Assembly: GCA_039811685.1 (NCBI GenBank)
Contig: JBDHZC010000004.1
Coordinates: forward strand, 192,001 to 256,000
Length of the DNA: 64,000 nucleotides
Source of the DNA: Armatimonadota bacterium
GTDB lineage: Bacteria > Armatimonadota > UBA5829 > DSUL01
Reading direction: 5' to 3'
In this document: in pieces, positions 48,354 through 58,539 of the stretch
Layout: each line of letters starts with the position of its first letter
Numbering within the stretch: the first letter of the stretch is position 1
Program-made: the position numbers and the translations under genes
Notes under the pieces: generated by a model
Databases searched by the model: none
Told to the model about the DNA's origin: nothing
What the model saw: only the letters and a program-made list of their open reading frames with translations

Positions 48354-49364
48354 GTGAAGGTTAAGCTTCTGATGACTGCGTTTGTTTGCGCTGCGGCTGT
48401 TTATATGGCCGGGTGCTCAAAAACGCGATCTGAAAATCCTGCCCGGAGCAGTCGTAGCGCGTTGACGATTGCCGTGATTCCGAAGGGCACCACGCACGAT
48501 TTCTGGAAAGCGGTGCATGCCGGCGCCGAGAAAGCCGCGCGAGAGCTCGACGTAAAAGTGAGCTGGCAGGGGCCGCTCAAGGAAGACGACAGAGAGGCGC
48601 AAATCCGCACTGTCGAAGACTTTGTCAACTCGGGTGTCTCCGGCATCTGCCTGGCGCCGTTGGACGACACCGCTCTGGTGACTCCGGTCAACAGCGCTGT
48701 GCAGCAGAATATCCCCGTCGTTATCTTTGATTCTGACCTCAAGAGTGACCGCTACACCAGTTTTGTCGCCACAGACAACTACAAAGGCGGGCAGCTTGCC
48801 GGTCACCATATGATCAGTCTGCTGAACGGCAAAGGGCGCGTGCTGGTCCTGCGTTATCAGGAAGGCAGCGACAGTACTTTCAGGCGGGAATCGGGCTTTC
48901 TGGACGCACTCAGGAAGAGTCCGGGAATAAAGGTCATCAGCGCGAATCAGTACGGCGGTGCGACGCGAGATTCGGCGCTGCGTGCCAGTGAAGACCTCCT
49001 GACGCCGCTGAAGCAGGGCGCAGGAATCCAGGTCGACGGCATCTTCTGTCCAAATGAGTCAACAACCTTTGGAATGATGCGAGCGCTGGAAAACGCCAAA
49101 GTCGCAGGCACTGTCAAGTTTGTCGGCTTTGACAGCGCTCACGAACTGGTGGACGGACTGAAAAACGGACACGTGAATGCCCTCGTCGTCCAGAATCCAC
49201 TGAAAATGGGTTATCTGTCTGTCAAGACGATGGTACAGCATATCCGGGGCGAAGCAGTCCCAAAACGCATTGATACTGGCGTGGAGCTTGTGACGCGGGA
49301 CAACATGGATCAGCCTGCTGTCAAGGATCTGCTGAATCCTCCAATTGAGAAGTGGCTGAAGTAG
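48354..49364 (+). CDS. sugar ABC transporter substrate-binding lipoprotein (RbsB-like)
   Basis: Lipobox MAGC; IPKGTTHDFW; VATDNYKGG; VGFD; VQNP..MGY. Confidence 0.92.
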   Translation: MKVKLLMTAFVCAAAVYMAGCSKTRSENPARSSRSALTIAVIPKGTTHDFWKAVHAGAEKAARELDVKVSWQGPLKEDDREAQIRTVEDFVNSGVSGICLAPLDDTALVTPVNSAVQQNIPVVIFDSDLKSDRYTSFVATDNYKGGQLAGHHMISLLNGKGRVLVLRYQEGSDSTFRRESGFLDALRKSPGIKVISANQYGGATRDSALRASEDLLTPLKQGAGIQVDGIFCPNESTTFGMMRALENAKVAGTVKFVGFDSAHELVDGLKNGHVNALVVQNPLKMGYLSVKTMVQHIRGEAVPKRIDTGVELVTRDNMDQPAVKDLLNPPIEKWLK

Positions 49365-49398
49365 CCGCACGGCACAGACTTCGGAGCTGCCGGGGCTG

Positions 49399-50394
49399 GT
49401 GAGCGTCTGCAACAGGCTACTCGCTGCAGCGGAAAAAGCTCTGTTGGTCGCCTGGGTAGGCCCCGGACTTGGTCTTGTCTTCGTCTATCTTCTCTTCTTT
49501 TTTCACGCTCAGCCCTCGTTTCACAGTTGGGGAAACACGGAGACGATCTTCCGTCAGACGTCTATCGTTGGCACGGCGGCTATTGGCCTGACCCTGGTCA
49601 TCATTGCTGGCGGTATTGACCTGTCGGTGGGATCGGTTGTCGCTGTCTGCACAGTTGCGACCGCGCTGCTGCTGCGTGCCGGGGCGCCCTCTATTGTCGC
49701 GGGGCTGGCGTCTATCTTTCTCGGCCTGATCACGGGCTTTATAAATGGCCTCATCATCACAAAGCTGCGCGTCGTACCGTTCATTGTCACGCTTGGCACT
49801 CTGTCGGTATTCCGTGGACTCGCCAAGGGTCTGGCGCTGGAGCAGACCGTAAGCGCCCCCTCCACCTGGATCAATGGTATCCTCGCCGCGCTCAGCCCGG
49901 ACAAGCGCTGGATGTTGTTTCCGATTGGCGTCTGGGTTATGGCGCTTGTGGCAGCTCTGGTCGCAGTACTCTTGCGCGTGACAAGGCTCGGCCGCTACTT
50001 CTTTGCGATTGGCTCAAACGAACAGGCGGCAAGGCTCAGTGGGGTGCCGGTAGACCGGGCAAAGGTTTGTGTTTACACGCTGGCAGGCGCTCTGGCTGGT
50101 CTTGCCGGGTTGATGCAGTTCTCCCGCCTGACGGTCGGTGACCCGACTGTCGCTGTTGGACTCGAGCTCGACGTGATCGCCGCCGTCGTGATAGGAGGTG
50201 GAAGCCTCAGCGGCGGGCAGGGTTCGGTACCCGGATCGCTCTTTGGCGCGCTTATCATGACGGTTATCAGCAACGGTTGCCGCCAGGTTACTCCTCCGTT
50301 GCCAAACTGGACTCAGGAAATCATAACAGGCGCCATCATTGTTCTCGCCGTTGCTGTTGATCGCCTCAGACAGAGCCGCCGCATGGCACATTAG
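49399..50394 (+). CDS. sugar ABC transporter permease (RbsC-like)
   Basis: GGIDLSVG, PFIVTLG, AIGSNEQAARLSG and IAAVVIGG.SL.GG.G motifs. Confidence 0.93.
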   Translation: MSVCNRLLAAAEKALLVAWVGPGLGLVFVYLLFFFHAQPSFHSWGNTETIFRQTSIVGTAAIGLTLVIIAGGIDLSVGSVVAVCTVATALLLRAGAPSIVAGLASIFLGLITGFINGLIITKLRVVPFIVTLGTLSVFRGLAKGLALEQTVSAPSTWINGILAALSPDKRWMLFPIGVWVMALVAALVAVLLRVTRLGRYFFAIGSNEQAARLSGVPVDRAKVCVYTLAGALAGLAGLMQFSRLTVGDPTVAVGLELDVIAAVVIGGGSLSGGQGSVPGSLFGALIMTVISNGCRQVTPPLPNWTQEIITGAIIVLAVAVDRLRQSRRMAH

Positions 50395-50473
50395 GCTTTT
50401 CGACGTTCTCACTCTCGACGTCTCCTCTTATGAAGAAACGCTCACCAATGCTGATACAATGACTGTATCTGTC

Positions 50474-51610
50474 ATGAACGCGCCGACTTCCGCCTACATC
50501 CATATCCCGTTCTGCGCTGCCAAGTGTGGGTACTGCGATTTCAACTCTTACGCGGGGTTGATGCCGTTGGCCGACCGCTATGTGGAGGCGCTGTGCCGCC
50601 ACATCGAGACTGCAAATGCACACCTTCGAGCCCCTCTCAAGACAGTCTTTTTCGGCGGAGGGACGCCCAGCATCCTTCAAGCCCGTCACCTCGAGCGCAT
50701 TCTCCACTGTCTGCGGCAGACCTTTGGCCTCGATCCGGATGCGGAAGTCACTCTGGAAGCCAACCCTGAATCGGCGACCTTTCAAAAGCTGTGCAAGACA
50801 CGGGAAGCTGGCTTCAATCGCATCAGCATCGGCGCGCAGTCCTTTGACGACAGTGTTCTTGAGTCGCTCGGCCGCGTGCACACGCATCAGCGCTTTCTGA
50901 GCGCTTTGGCAGATGCGAGGCGCGCGGGTTATGCGAATATAAGCTTCGATCTTATGTTCGCTCTGCCCGGGCAGACACTCCAGAATGTGCTTGAGACAGT
51001 GCGTCAGGCTATCCAGCTCGCGCCTGAGCACATTTCAGCCTACTGTCTCACAGTCGAAGAGGGCACGGACTTTCACAGGCTTCACCGTCTGGGCAAACTG
51101 GAGTTGCCGGACGAAGACCTGCAGGCCGAGATGTTCCTCTCCATCCAGTCAGCCCTGACTCAAGCGAACTTTGAACACTATGAAATCTCCAATTATGCCC
51201 GCCCGGGCTTTCGGTGCCGGCACAACGAAGTTTACTGGCGCAATGAACCCTACTGGGGTTTCGGGACAGGGGCTGTCGGCTACGTTCAGGGACAGCGTAC
51301 AAAGTGGGAGATCAATCCGCGCGACTACATTGAACAGATTGAGCAAGCCGGTCAGCCGAGGGTAGAGGAATCAGAAAAGCTGGAGGGCAGGGCGCTACTT
51401 GGAGAGACTATCATGCTGGCGCTTCGTACGGCGGAGGGGATCGATCTCGACAGTGTATCACAGCGCTTTGGCACAGACGTCGCTGCGTGTTACTCGGGCG
51501 AGATTCAGCGATTCTCTGCGGCTGGAGTCCTGCAGCGCTCTGGAAGCACGCTTTGCCTGACAAAAGACGGTCTTCTGCTGGCAAATGAGATTCTTTGTGA
51601 GTTCCTCTAG
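50474..51610 (+). CDS. hemW: radical SAM heme chaperone HemW
   Basis: YIHIPFCAAKCGYCDFNS, FFGGGTPS, YEISNY and HN..YW motifs. Confidence 0.92.
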   Translation: MNAPTSAYIHIPFCAAKCGYCDFNSYAGLMPLADRYVEALCRHIETANAHLRAPLKTVFFGGGTPSILQARHLERILHCLRQTFGLDPDAEVTLEANPESATFQKLCKTREAGFNRISIGAQSFDDSVLESLGRVHTHQRFLSALADARRAGYANISFDLMFALPGQTLQNVLETVRQAIQLAPEHISAYCLTVEEGTDFHRLHRLGKLELPDEDLQAEMFLSIQSALTQANFEHYEISNYARPGFRCRHNEVYWRNEPYWGFGTGAVGYVQGQRTKWEINPRDYIEQIEQAGQPRVEESEKLEGRALLGETIMLALRTAEGIDLDSVSQRFGTDVAACYSGEIQRFSAAGVLQRSGSTLCLTKDGLLLANEILCEFL

Positions 51611-51645
51611 TCGGCGGACTACGGGCGGTGAACGCGATTTCGTCC

Positions 51646-51674
51646 TTGACAGCAGCCTGTGCGTGACTTATATT
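51646..51674 (+). promoter_or_regulatory. sigma70 promoter of the large secreted hydrolase
   Basis: TTGACA-17 bp-TATATT. Confidence 0.65.
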
Positions 51675-51912
51675 TGAAGTAATTCAAAGAGTGGCAGCGG
51701 TCCTGGCTCGCTGCCCGCGTTATTCAGCAGCCCGGCCCCAAGCGACTGGCCGTCGGGGTTTTCCGGCGGTAGCCGCACGGTTCGCGGCTCTGAGGTCCGA
51801 CTCATCTCACTCACACGTTTCCTTGCGCTGGCTGACGTCCAGCGGACTGGTGTGAGAAATCGATTACGCCGCGAATACGCCTGCCGGCTGTGGAACACTA
51901 CTGACAGAAACT

Positions 51913-54900
51913 ATGACTCTGACACTGAAGATATCTACCACCCTGCGAGCCCTTCGCTCAATCACCCTCGCGATAGCACTCACTCTCGCTCTTACAGCGT
52001 CCAGCAGATCTGCAGAATTGCGAGGCTGGTGGGTGGATGCGTTTGGCGCGGGCGCCCGCAGCCAGTCCGAGGTCACCAAACTGCTGGGGACGCCCGGCGT
52101 TGCCTCCAGCAAAGGGGACATTCGCAACGCCAACTGCAATGCGGTGTTTGTTGAGGTTCGCCGTCGAGCTGACACAATGTATCCATCCGGAATGGGTGAG
52201 CCTTACATGTCTGGCCTAAGCCCGTCCAACTTCAACGCGCTGCAGGCCATTATCAACGCCGCCCACGACACAACCGGCGGAAAGCAGCGCATCGAGGTGC
52301 ACGCCTGGATTGTCACGTTCGCAACGGCCACCGGCTCTTCGGTCAGCCCGGTTTACTACCAGCACAACAACCCGAATGACCCGGACAACTACTGGATCAC
52401 GCTGGATGATGCGGGGAACGAAACGGATGACAAAGCATTCGATCCGGGACATCCGAAGGCCGCGCAGTATATTCACGATGTCTGCATGGATCTCGTCAAT
52501 AACTTTGACATTGACGGTCTTCACTTTGACTATATTCGCTTTACCGGCATAAACCAGGGTTACAATCCGACCAGCATCAGCCGCTTTCGTCAGCAGTTTC
52601 CTAACAAGCCGGCGCAGATTCCCTACACTGATGACGATTTTGAGCAGTGGCGCCGCGACCAGGTAACTGCTGTCGTTCGCAATGTCTACGCAAGCGTTCA
52701 GCAGTCCAAACCATGGGTCAAAGTATCCGGCGCGTTTGTCGGAGGCGCACCTGGCCCAACAGCCTCCACGCGCAACGCTTTCAAGAACACGCGGCCTTAT
52801 TATCAGTACTACTCCGACTGGGACAGTTGGCTGCAGGAAGGCATCATTGACATGGCGGTGCCGATGATGTACTTCGACCAGGCGGGCTCTTACGCGGCGG
52901 ATTACACGCGCTGGATGAACTTCGGCAAAGATCGCAAGGCCAGCCGCCAGATGGTGATCGGTCCCGGAGTGTACCTTAACTCTCTTTCCAACGCTATCTC
53001 ACAGATTAAGCAGACGCGAAACCCCTCTCCATCCGGCAACTATGCGGATGGTTTTGCGGGTTATTCCTACCGCGTTCCGTATGCCGGAGGCACGTGGGCA
53101 GGGTTTGCTCCCAGCCTAGTGTCACAGGTGACGCCGTCGCCGACCGATATCCCCACAATGCCATGGAAAACAGCACCGACGAAAGGGCACATACGCGGTC
53201 ATATCTTTGACGGATCCACGGGCGCTCCCGTGGATGGCGCCAGTGTAACAGTCACTGGCCCGGTAACCCGTACTCAGAAATCTGACGGAACAGGGCACTA
53301 TGCCTTCATAGACTTGCCGCCCGGCACTTACACTGTCTCGGTCGCAAAGCCTTATTTTGCTTCTGCTTCAGCGCAGCAGGCTGTGGCGGCCGGAACGATG
53401 GCTGTGCGTAACTTCACTTTGTCTCCAAGCGGCTGTACGTACGCGACGATATCCGGTGTAACAGCGCAAGGGATCAGCACGCAGTTTGCCACAATCCTGT
53501 GGACAACCGACTTACCTTCAGACAGCCGGGTGGAATACGGCACTACTGCCTCTTATGGCTCTATGACGCTGCTCGATCCCGCCCTGGTTACGAATCACAG
53601 TGTGGTGCTCTCCGGTCTCTCCGCCAATACACTGTACTACTATCGCGTGATATCTACTCCAGGTGGTGGTTGTAGCAGCGTGTCGTCCGGCTCCACTTTC
53701 ACCACAACAGGCGTAGCAGTGCCGGACGTCGTCATAGAGTCCAGAAAATCGAATGGCACGCTCACGCCGTCCCCATCCTACACAGAGGCAGGTTCGTGGG
53801 GTGACAGCACTGCCAAGAGTTCCGCTCAGGGTCTCAGCGGTTCTGGATCCCGATACGCAACCAATTTCACAGGCGCTACGGCCACATTCGTGCCCAGTCT
53901 GCCTTATTCGGGACCGTACGAGGTTTACGTCACATGGGGGGCTTCATCCAACGGCGCCAGCACCAACTTCAAAGTCATCTCCGGGGGCTCTGTAGTCTAC
54001 AACCATAACTGGGATCAGAACAATGCGCAGCCTTATGAAAATCAGTGGCAGTACGTGGGAGAATACACGTTCAATGCTGGCCAGTCGGCTTCAAATGCCA
54101 GTGTCAAGATTGACGGAAACGCTTCCTCGAAGGGGACTACAGGCGGTACTCCCAGGCTGATGTCCGATGCGGTGAAGTTTGTGTTCAAGGGGTCGGCAGG
54201 TGACGTAGAGCCTCCATCGCGTCCCGCGGGGCTGCAGGTGCAAAGTGTCACTACCAGCGAAGTTCACCTCTCCTGGACGGCCTCCACGGACAATATCGCG
54301 GTAACCGGTTATCGCATCTACAAGGATAATCAGCCTGTTGCCACTGTGTCAGAACCTGAGTACACAGATGTCGGGCTCTCGGCAAATACCTCATTCAGCT
54401 ACGGTGTCTCCGCTTATGACGCAGGGGGCAATGAGTCCGCTATTTCTGTTCCAGCCACCGCTGTTACGCTCTCAGAGGCTCCGACACCCGAGACAATCAC
54501 CTGCAACAAGAATGCTGGAGACTGGTACACCACGAGCGACTTTGTGTTCAGCACTCAGGGCGGGTTTGGCCCCGGTCGGGTGGCGAAATACCGCGTTGCC
54601 TGGGATAAATCGCCTACACACACCTGGGGAGGTTCTGGGGAAAGTGACTGGACTCAGTTGGGACTGCTGAAGTACGCTTCGTCGGAAGGCAGTTGGTACT
54701 TCCATGCCCAGAGCTACAATTCTGCCGGAGTCCCCAACGGGTCATACGACTTCGGCCCCTACAACTTCGACGCAACCGCACCCACCATCCCTGCCGTTAC
54801 AGATGATGGCGCGACGACTACCAGCGTTTCCAGCCTGCACGCCTCTTGGAGCGCTACCGATCCGGGAAGTGGGGTCGCGGAGTATGAGTACCGGCTCCTG

Positions 54901-55677
54901 GAGCAGGGTGGGCCAGTCATAAGGGATTGGACCAGCGCCGGTTCCGCGACTGAAGTGACCGTCACTTTCCTGTCCTTAGCCCCTGGTAAGACCTATGTTT
55001 TTGAGGTCAGGGCGACCAATGCCGCCGGTCTGACCAGTGGTGTCGGGACGTCTGACGGGATCACAGTTGTTGCCGGGCAGAGTGTGGCGCGAATTGGGCA
55101 GCTCAAACAGCTTGAGGATGATACTGTCATTCAATTGAGCTCCGCCAAGCCCGTCTGTGCTGTATTTGGCTCTGAACTGTACATCTGTGAGTCAGATCGA
55201 AGCGCCGGTATCAGCGTGGTGGGTAACGGATTTTCTCCTGGTGATCTGGTCAGTGTCAGTGCGACGCTCACGACAACCGCGTCTGGTGAACGCCAGTTGA
55301 AAGATGCCATCCTTACGCCTGCCGGGAGTGGATCGCCCCTGAAAGCGCTCAGCGTGTCAGTTGCGTCGCTCGGAGGAGTCTGGTCCGGTGTGTACACTCC
55401 GCCAGTTGGCGGCGCGCCGGGGCTGCAGAATACGGGGCTTCTGGTTCAGGTTACTGGGCGCGTGACTTTTGCGGGGGCCGACTTCTTCTACCTGGACGAC
55501 GGGTCCAGCATCAGCGATGGCTCCGGGTATATCGGAGTAAGGGTCTATTGTCCGATTGACGCTGTTCCTGCTGTGGGGACGACAGTTTCAGTCACTGGTA
55601 TCAGCTCGTCCTGGAAGTCTGGCGCGCAAGTGTGGCCGATGATCAAGGAGGTCTCCGGAGGAATCTCTACGCCGTAG
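51913..55677 (+). CDS. large secreted GHL10/DUF187-type glycoside hydrolase with accessory beta-sandwich/FN3 domains
   Basis: Signal peptide; ELRGWWV, IEVHAW, DGLHFDYIRF and PMMY motifs; carboxypeptidase-regulatory-like domain; FN3 repeats (W.ASTDN.AVTGY.IY); C-terminal G.VT...FYLDDGS domain. Confidence 0.88.
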   Translation: MTLTLKISTTLRALRSITLAIALTLALTASSRSAELRGWWVDAFGAGARSQSEVTKLLGTPGVASSKGDIRNANCNAVFVEVRRRADTMYPSGMGEPYMSGLSPSNFNALQAIINAAHDTTGGKQRIEVHAWIVTFATATGSSVSPVYYQHNNPNDPDNYWITLDDAGNETDDKAFDPGHPKAAQYIHDVCMDLVNNFDIDGLHFDYIRFTGINQGYNPTSISRFRQQFPNKPAQIPYTDDDFEQWRRDQVTAVVRNVYASVQQSKPWVKVSGAFVGGAPGPTASTRNAFKNTRPYYQYYSDWDSWLQEGIIDMAVPMMYFDQAGSYAADYTRWMNFGKDRKASRQMVIGPGVYLNSLSNAISQIKQTRNPSPSGNYADGFAGYSYRVPYAGGTWAGFAPSLVSQVTPSPTDIPTMPWKTAPTKGHIRGHIFDGSTGAPVDGASVTVTGPVTRTQKSDGTGHYAFIDLPPGTYTVSVAKPYFASASAQQAVAAGTMAVRNFTLSPSGCTYATISGVTAQGISTQFATILWTTDLPSDSRVEYGTTASYGSMTLLDPALVTNHSVVLSGLSANTLYYYRVISTPGGGCSSVSSGSTFTTTGVAVPDVVIESRKSNGTLTPSPSYTEAGSWGDSTAKSSAQGLSGSGSRYATNFTGATATFVPSLPYSGPYEVYVTWGASSNGASTNFKVISGGSVVYNHNWDQNNAQPYENQWQYVGEYTFNAGQSASNASVKIDGNASSKGTTGGTPRLMSDAVKFVFKGSAGDVEPPSRPAGLQVQSVTTSEVHLSWTASTDNIAVTGYRIYKDNQPVATVSEPEYTDVGLSANTSFSYGVSAYDAGGNESAISVPATAVTLSEAPTPETITCNKNAGDWYTTSDFVFSTQGGFGPGRVAKYRVAWDKSPTHTWGGSGESDWTQLGLLKYASSEGSWYFHAQSYNSAGVPNGSYDFGPYNFDATAPTIPAVTDDGATTTSVSSLHASWSATDPGSGVAEYEYRLLEQGGPVIRDWTSAGSATEVTVTFLSLAPGKTYVFEVRATNAAGLTSGVGTSDGITVVAGQSVARIGQLKQLEDDTVIQLSSAKPVCAVFGSELYICESDRSAGISVVGNGFSPGDLVSVSATLTTTASGERQLKDAILTPAGSGSPLKALSVSVASLGGVWSGVYTPPVGGAPGLQNTGLLVQVTGRVTFAGADFFYLDDGSSISDGSGYIGVRVYCPIDAVPAVGTTVSVTGISSSWKSGAQVWPMIKEVSGGISTP

Positions 55678-55709
55678 GCGCGCAACGGATCATCGCTTCA
55701 GGAGTAGCA

Positions 55710-55737
55710 ACGGCCGCCTGCAAACGCAGGCGGCCGT
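55710..55737. terminator. hairpin between convergent genes (probable terminator)
   Basis: 12-bp perfect stem ACGGCCGCCTGC-AAAC-GCAGGCGGCCGT. Confidence 0.7.
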
Positions 55738-55779
55738 CCTTTCACCGGGTTGGCCGCAGTGCGGCCATTTATGCAACTT

Positions 55780-56592
55780 CTACCTGGGTATCGGTGGCGC
55801 CGGGTTGTCTGGTTTCGCGCTGCCCTTCTCCAGTTTCAGCGCCCACTTGATTCCGTGAAGAATATGCTGCTGATAAACCGGGTTTTCCCAGACATCTATC
55901 CGGTGTCCGAGCGATGTGTAAAACACCCGGCCCTTCCCATAGTCTTTCACCCAAGACACCAGAAAGTCACCAGCAGCCGGGGTGTCAGCGCACGGGTCGG
56001 TTGTCGTGCTGAGCAGCACATGCACGTCCGGTCTATTGTTTTCTTTGAAGAGATAGATCTCATCGAAGATTGTCCAGCTCTTGCCGAGCTGCTTCACCGC
56101 CGGATGCTTCAGATCGTTGACGATCGCCTCGATCGAACACTGCTTTCGATGCGTCCTGAACTCACCACCCAGCATCTCAACATAGCTTCTGTCGCCTTGA
56201 ACCTCAGAAGGGTGATAAGTGTCGGATGCGCTGTGCATCCCCACAAAGCCCTTGCCTGTCTTCAGCCAGTCCAAAAAGCCGTGCAGATCCGGGATACCGA
56301 GGTTTCCCGTAGTATTGGCGAATACCACGCCGTCATAGGCCTTCAACGCAGCTACCGACATCTTTTGTTTGACTTCGGCTTCATCCCTGGCGTAGTCCAC
56401 GTCGTAAATTCCGCTCTTAGCTCCCAGGTCTGCCAGTACTTCTTCAGCGGTCGGGATGGAATCGTGCCGGAATGCTGCGGTATGAGTCACGACCAGAAGA
56501 TGTTTCGTTGCTTTGGGAGCGGCGAAACACTGAGACCCCGCAACAGTCAACGCCACCACCGCAACCGCCATCACAATGGACGATTTCTTCAT
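55780..56592 (-). CDS. ThuA-like domain secreted protein
   Basis: Signal peptide; FRHDSIP, GFVGMHSASDT, DEIY and GRVFYTSLGH motifs. Confidence 0.9.
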   Translation of the reverse strand: MKKSSIVMAVAVVALTVAGSQCFAAPKATKHLLVVTHTAAFRHDSIPTAEEVLADLGAKSGIYDVDYARDEAEVKQKMSVAALKAYDGVVFANTTGNLGIPDLHGFLDWLKTGKGFVGMHSASDTYHPSEVQGDRSYVEMLGGEFRTHRKQCSIEAIVNDLKHPAVKQLGKSWTIFDEIYLFKENNRPDVHVLLSTTTDPCADTPAAGDFLVSWVKDYGKGRVFYTSLGHRIDVWENPVYQQHILHGIKWALKLEKGSAKPDNPAPPIPR

Positions 56593-56631
56593 TATGCTCT
56601 CCCATCTTGACAGCGCGGATGTCTTGTCTGT

Positions 56632-57801
56632 CTAGCTGTTAACCGAGGCAAACTCAACTGGAGGAGTCTTCGAACCAACCGGTCGAAGCGCCTGCACGCT
56701 CACCTCTGCAGCTATTTCCGACGCGATAGACCGGTATTCCTCCGCCACGCGCGACTCCGGCGCTGCAATGACAGTGGGAACTCCCTTGTCTGAATCCTCG
56801 ACAATGCGCGGGTCAAGTGGCAGCCGTCCCAGGAAGCGCACGCCAAAGTCCTTCGCCGCCTGCTCCGCGGCGCCTTTGTGCCCGAAGATATCGGTTTCAT
56901 TCTGGCAGTGCGGGCAGACAAACGTAGCCATGTTCTCAATAATCCCAAGCACCGGAACTGTCAGATTCTCAGATCGGAACATACGCACCGATTTGCCAGC
57001 TATCTTGGTTGCCAGGTCCTGTGGAGTCATAACAACTACAACACCGCTCAAAGGGACTTGCTGTGCCAGGCTCATTGGAGCGTCTCCGGTTCCCGGCGGC
57101 AGATCAACAATGAGATAGTCCAGGCTCCCCCAGTACGTATCTGTCAACATCTGCCTAACTGCGCTGGCGACCAGCGGGCCACGCCAGATTACAGCCGTGT
57201 CTGAAGGCGCCAGGAATCCGAGAGACATCAGCTTGAGGTCGTACTTCTCCAGCGGGATCATCTTCCGCTTGACCTCACCTGTGTTGTGATCCGGAATATC
57301 CTCGAGCATCGGCTGTTCATGAATGTCGAGCATCATCGGGAGGCTGGGGCCGTAGATATCGCAGTCCAGAAGGCCCGTATTCGCGCCAGCTTTCTGCAGG
57401 GCGGCCGCTATATTTACGGACACAGTGGATTTGCCCACGCCGCCTTTGCCGCTGGCGACTGCGATAACATTTTTGACGCCGGGCAGCGCCTGTTGTTCAA
57501 AAGACTTGGGAACCTGGCTGGCCCAGCGGATATTGACCTTCTCAACGCCGGGCAGCGCGCTGACAGCAGCCGTGCAATCGTCCTCAATCGTGTTCTTCAA
57601 AGGACACGCGGGTGTCGTCAACACTACTTCAAAATCTACAACACCGTCTGTAACAATGATGTCCCGCACCATGTTGAGCTCGACAAGCGAGCGGTGCAAT
57701 TCTGGATCATTAACTGTGCGCAAGACTTCCAGAACTGCCTCTGAGGTCAGGCCGGAATCCTTAGCGCCACTTTCCTGCTGGTTTTTACGACCGAAAATCA
57801 T
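56632..57801 (-). CDS. apbC: Mrp/NBP35 Fe-S carrier ATPase
   Basis: N-terminal DPEL...TTPACP domain; SGKGGVGKST; WRGP; DLPPGTGD; CPHC. Confidence 0.93.
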   Translation of the reverse strand: MIFGRKNQQESGAKDSGLTSEAVLEVLRTVNDPELHRSLVELNMVRDIIVTDGVVDFEVVLTTPACPLKNTIEDDCTAAVSALPGVEKVNIRWASQVPKSFEQQALPGVKNVIAVASGKGGVGKSTVSVNIAAALQKAGANTGLLDCDIYGPSLPMMLDIHEQPMLEDIPDHNTGEVKRKMIPLEKYDLKLMSLGFLAPSDTAVIWRGPLVASAVRQMLTDTYWGSLDYLIVDLPPGTGDAPMSLAQQVPLSGVVVVMTPQDLATKIAGKSVRMFRSENLTVPVLGIIENMATFVCPHCQNETDIFGHKGAAEQAAKDFGVRFLGRLPLDPRIVEDSDKGVPTVIAAPESRVAEEYRSIASEIAAEVSVQALRPVGSKTPPVEFASVNS

Positions 57802-58539
57802 GAAGACCTCCGAGTGGATTATCACTAAAGAGACTGATGTGTGGCAAACCGCGGGTCAATGGCGTGACTCTTCGGTTCTCCACCCTGTCTCTCCCTGCAG
57901 AGCTGCTGGCATCTTACAGACTCCGCATGCCTTGCTGGATATTTCGCCTGCCCGGCATGGGCTTCTGGCAGCACCTGGACCAAAACTCGGGGGGATAGCA
58001 AGGCTTACAAGACCGTTGAGGCGAGGCGGATATGGCAGCGCCGGGTCAGCATATTTGGTTCCAGTCTCCGGAAGGATTGTGGAACAAACAACTAGCCCCG
58101 GTACGGCCGAGGGGGATGTTTGCTCCCGTGCCGGGATAGCCCACTTCGGGTTCTGTTTTTCGCGCAGCAGAGTCTGTGAGCGCGCCCAGTCGTGACAGAT
58201 AGCCGGAGCGGCCAGAGGCCGAATCTCGGCTGAGAGGTCTGCCAGAGTCGTAAGCTGTTTGTGTGGGTGCTTTACAGCCACCGAGCGCGTTGAGCTTTAG
58301 CGCGAATGCCGGTGAAGTCTTCTTGCAGACCTCACTTGCGTGAAACTGTTTACAATTTAGATTCGTGCAGTTGGGACAAAAGGGTGCGCGCGTCGCAGCG
58401 CCCTTTGACGGGGTATCCAACTCTTTCATAGCGGCCAGGATTTGACGTCGCCGGAGGAGCTGGATCGGCAGTAAAGCGCTAGCCGACTGCACTGAGATGG
58501 TCTGGTGCGGATGCGCCGCTGCGACGATGGGAGGGATAG

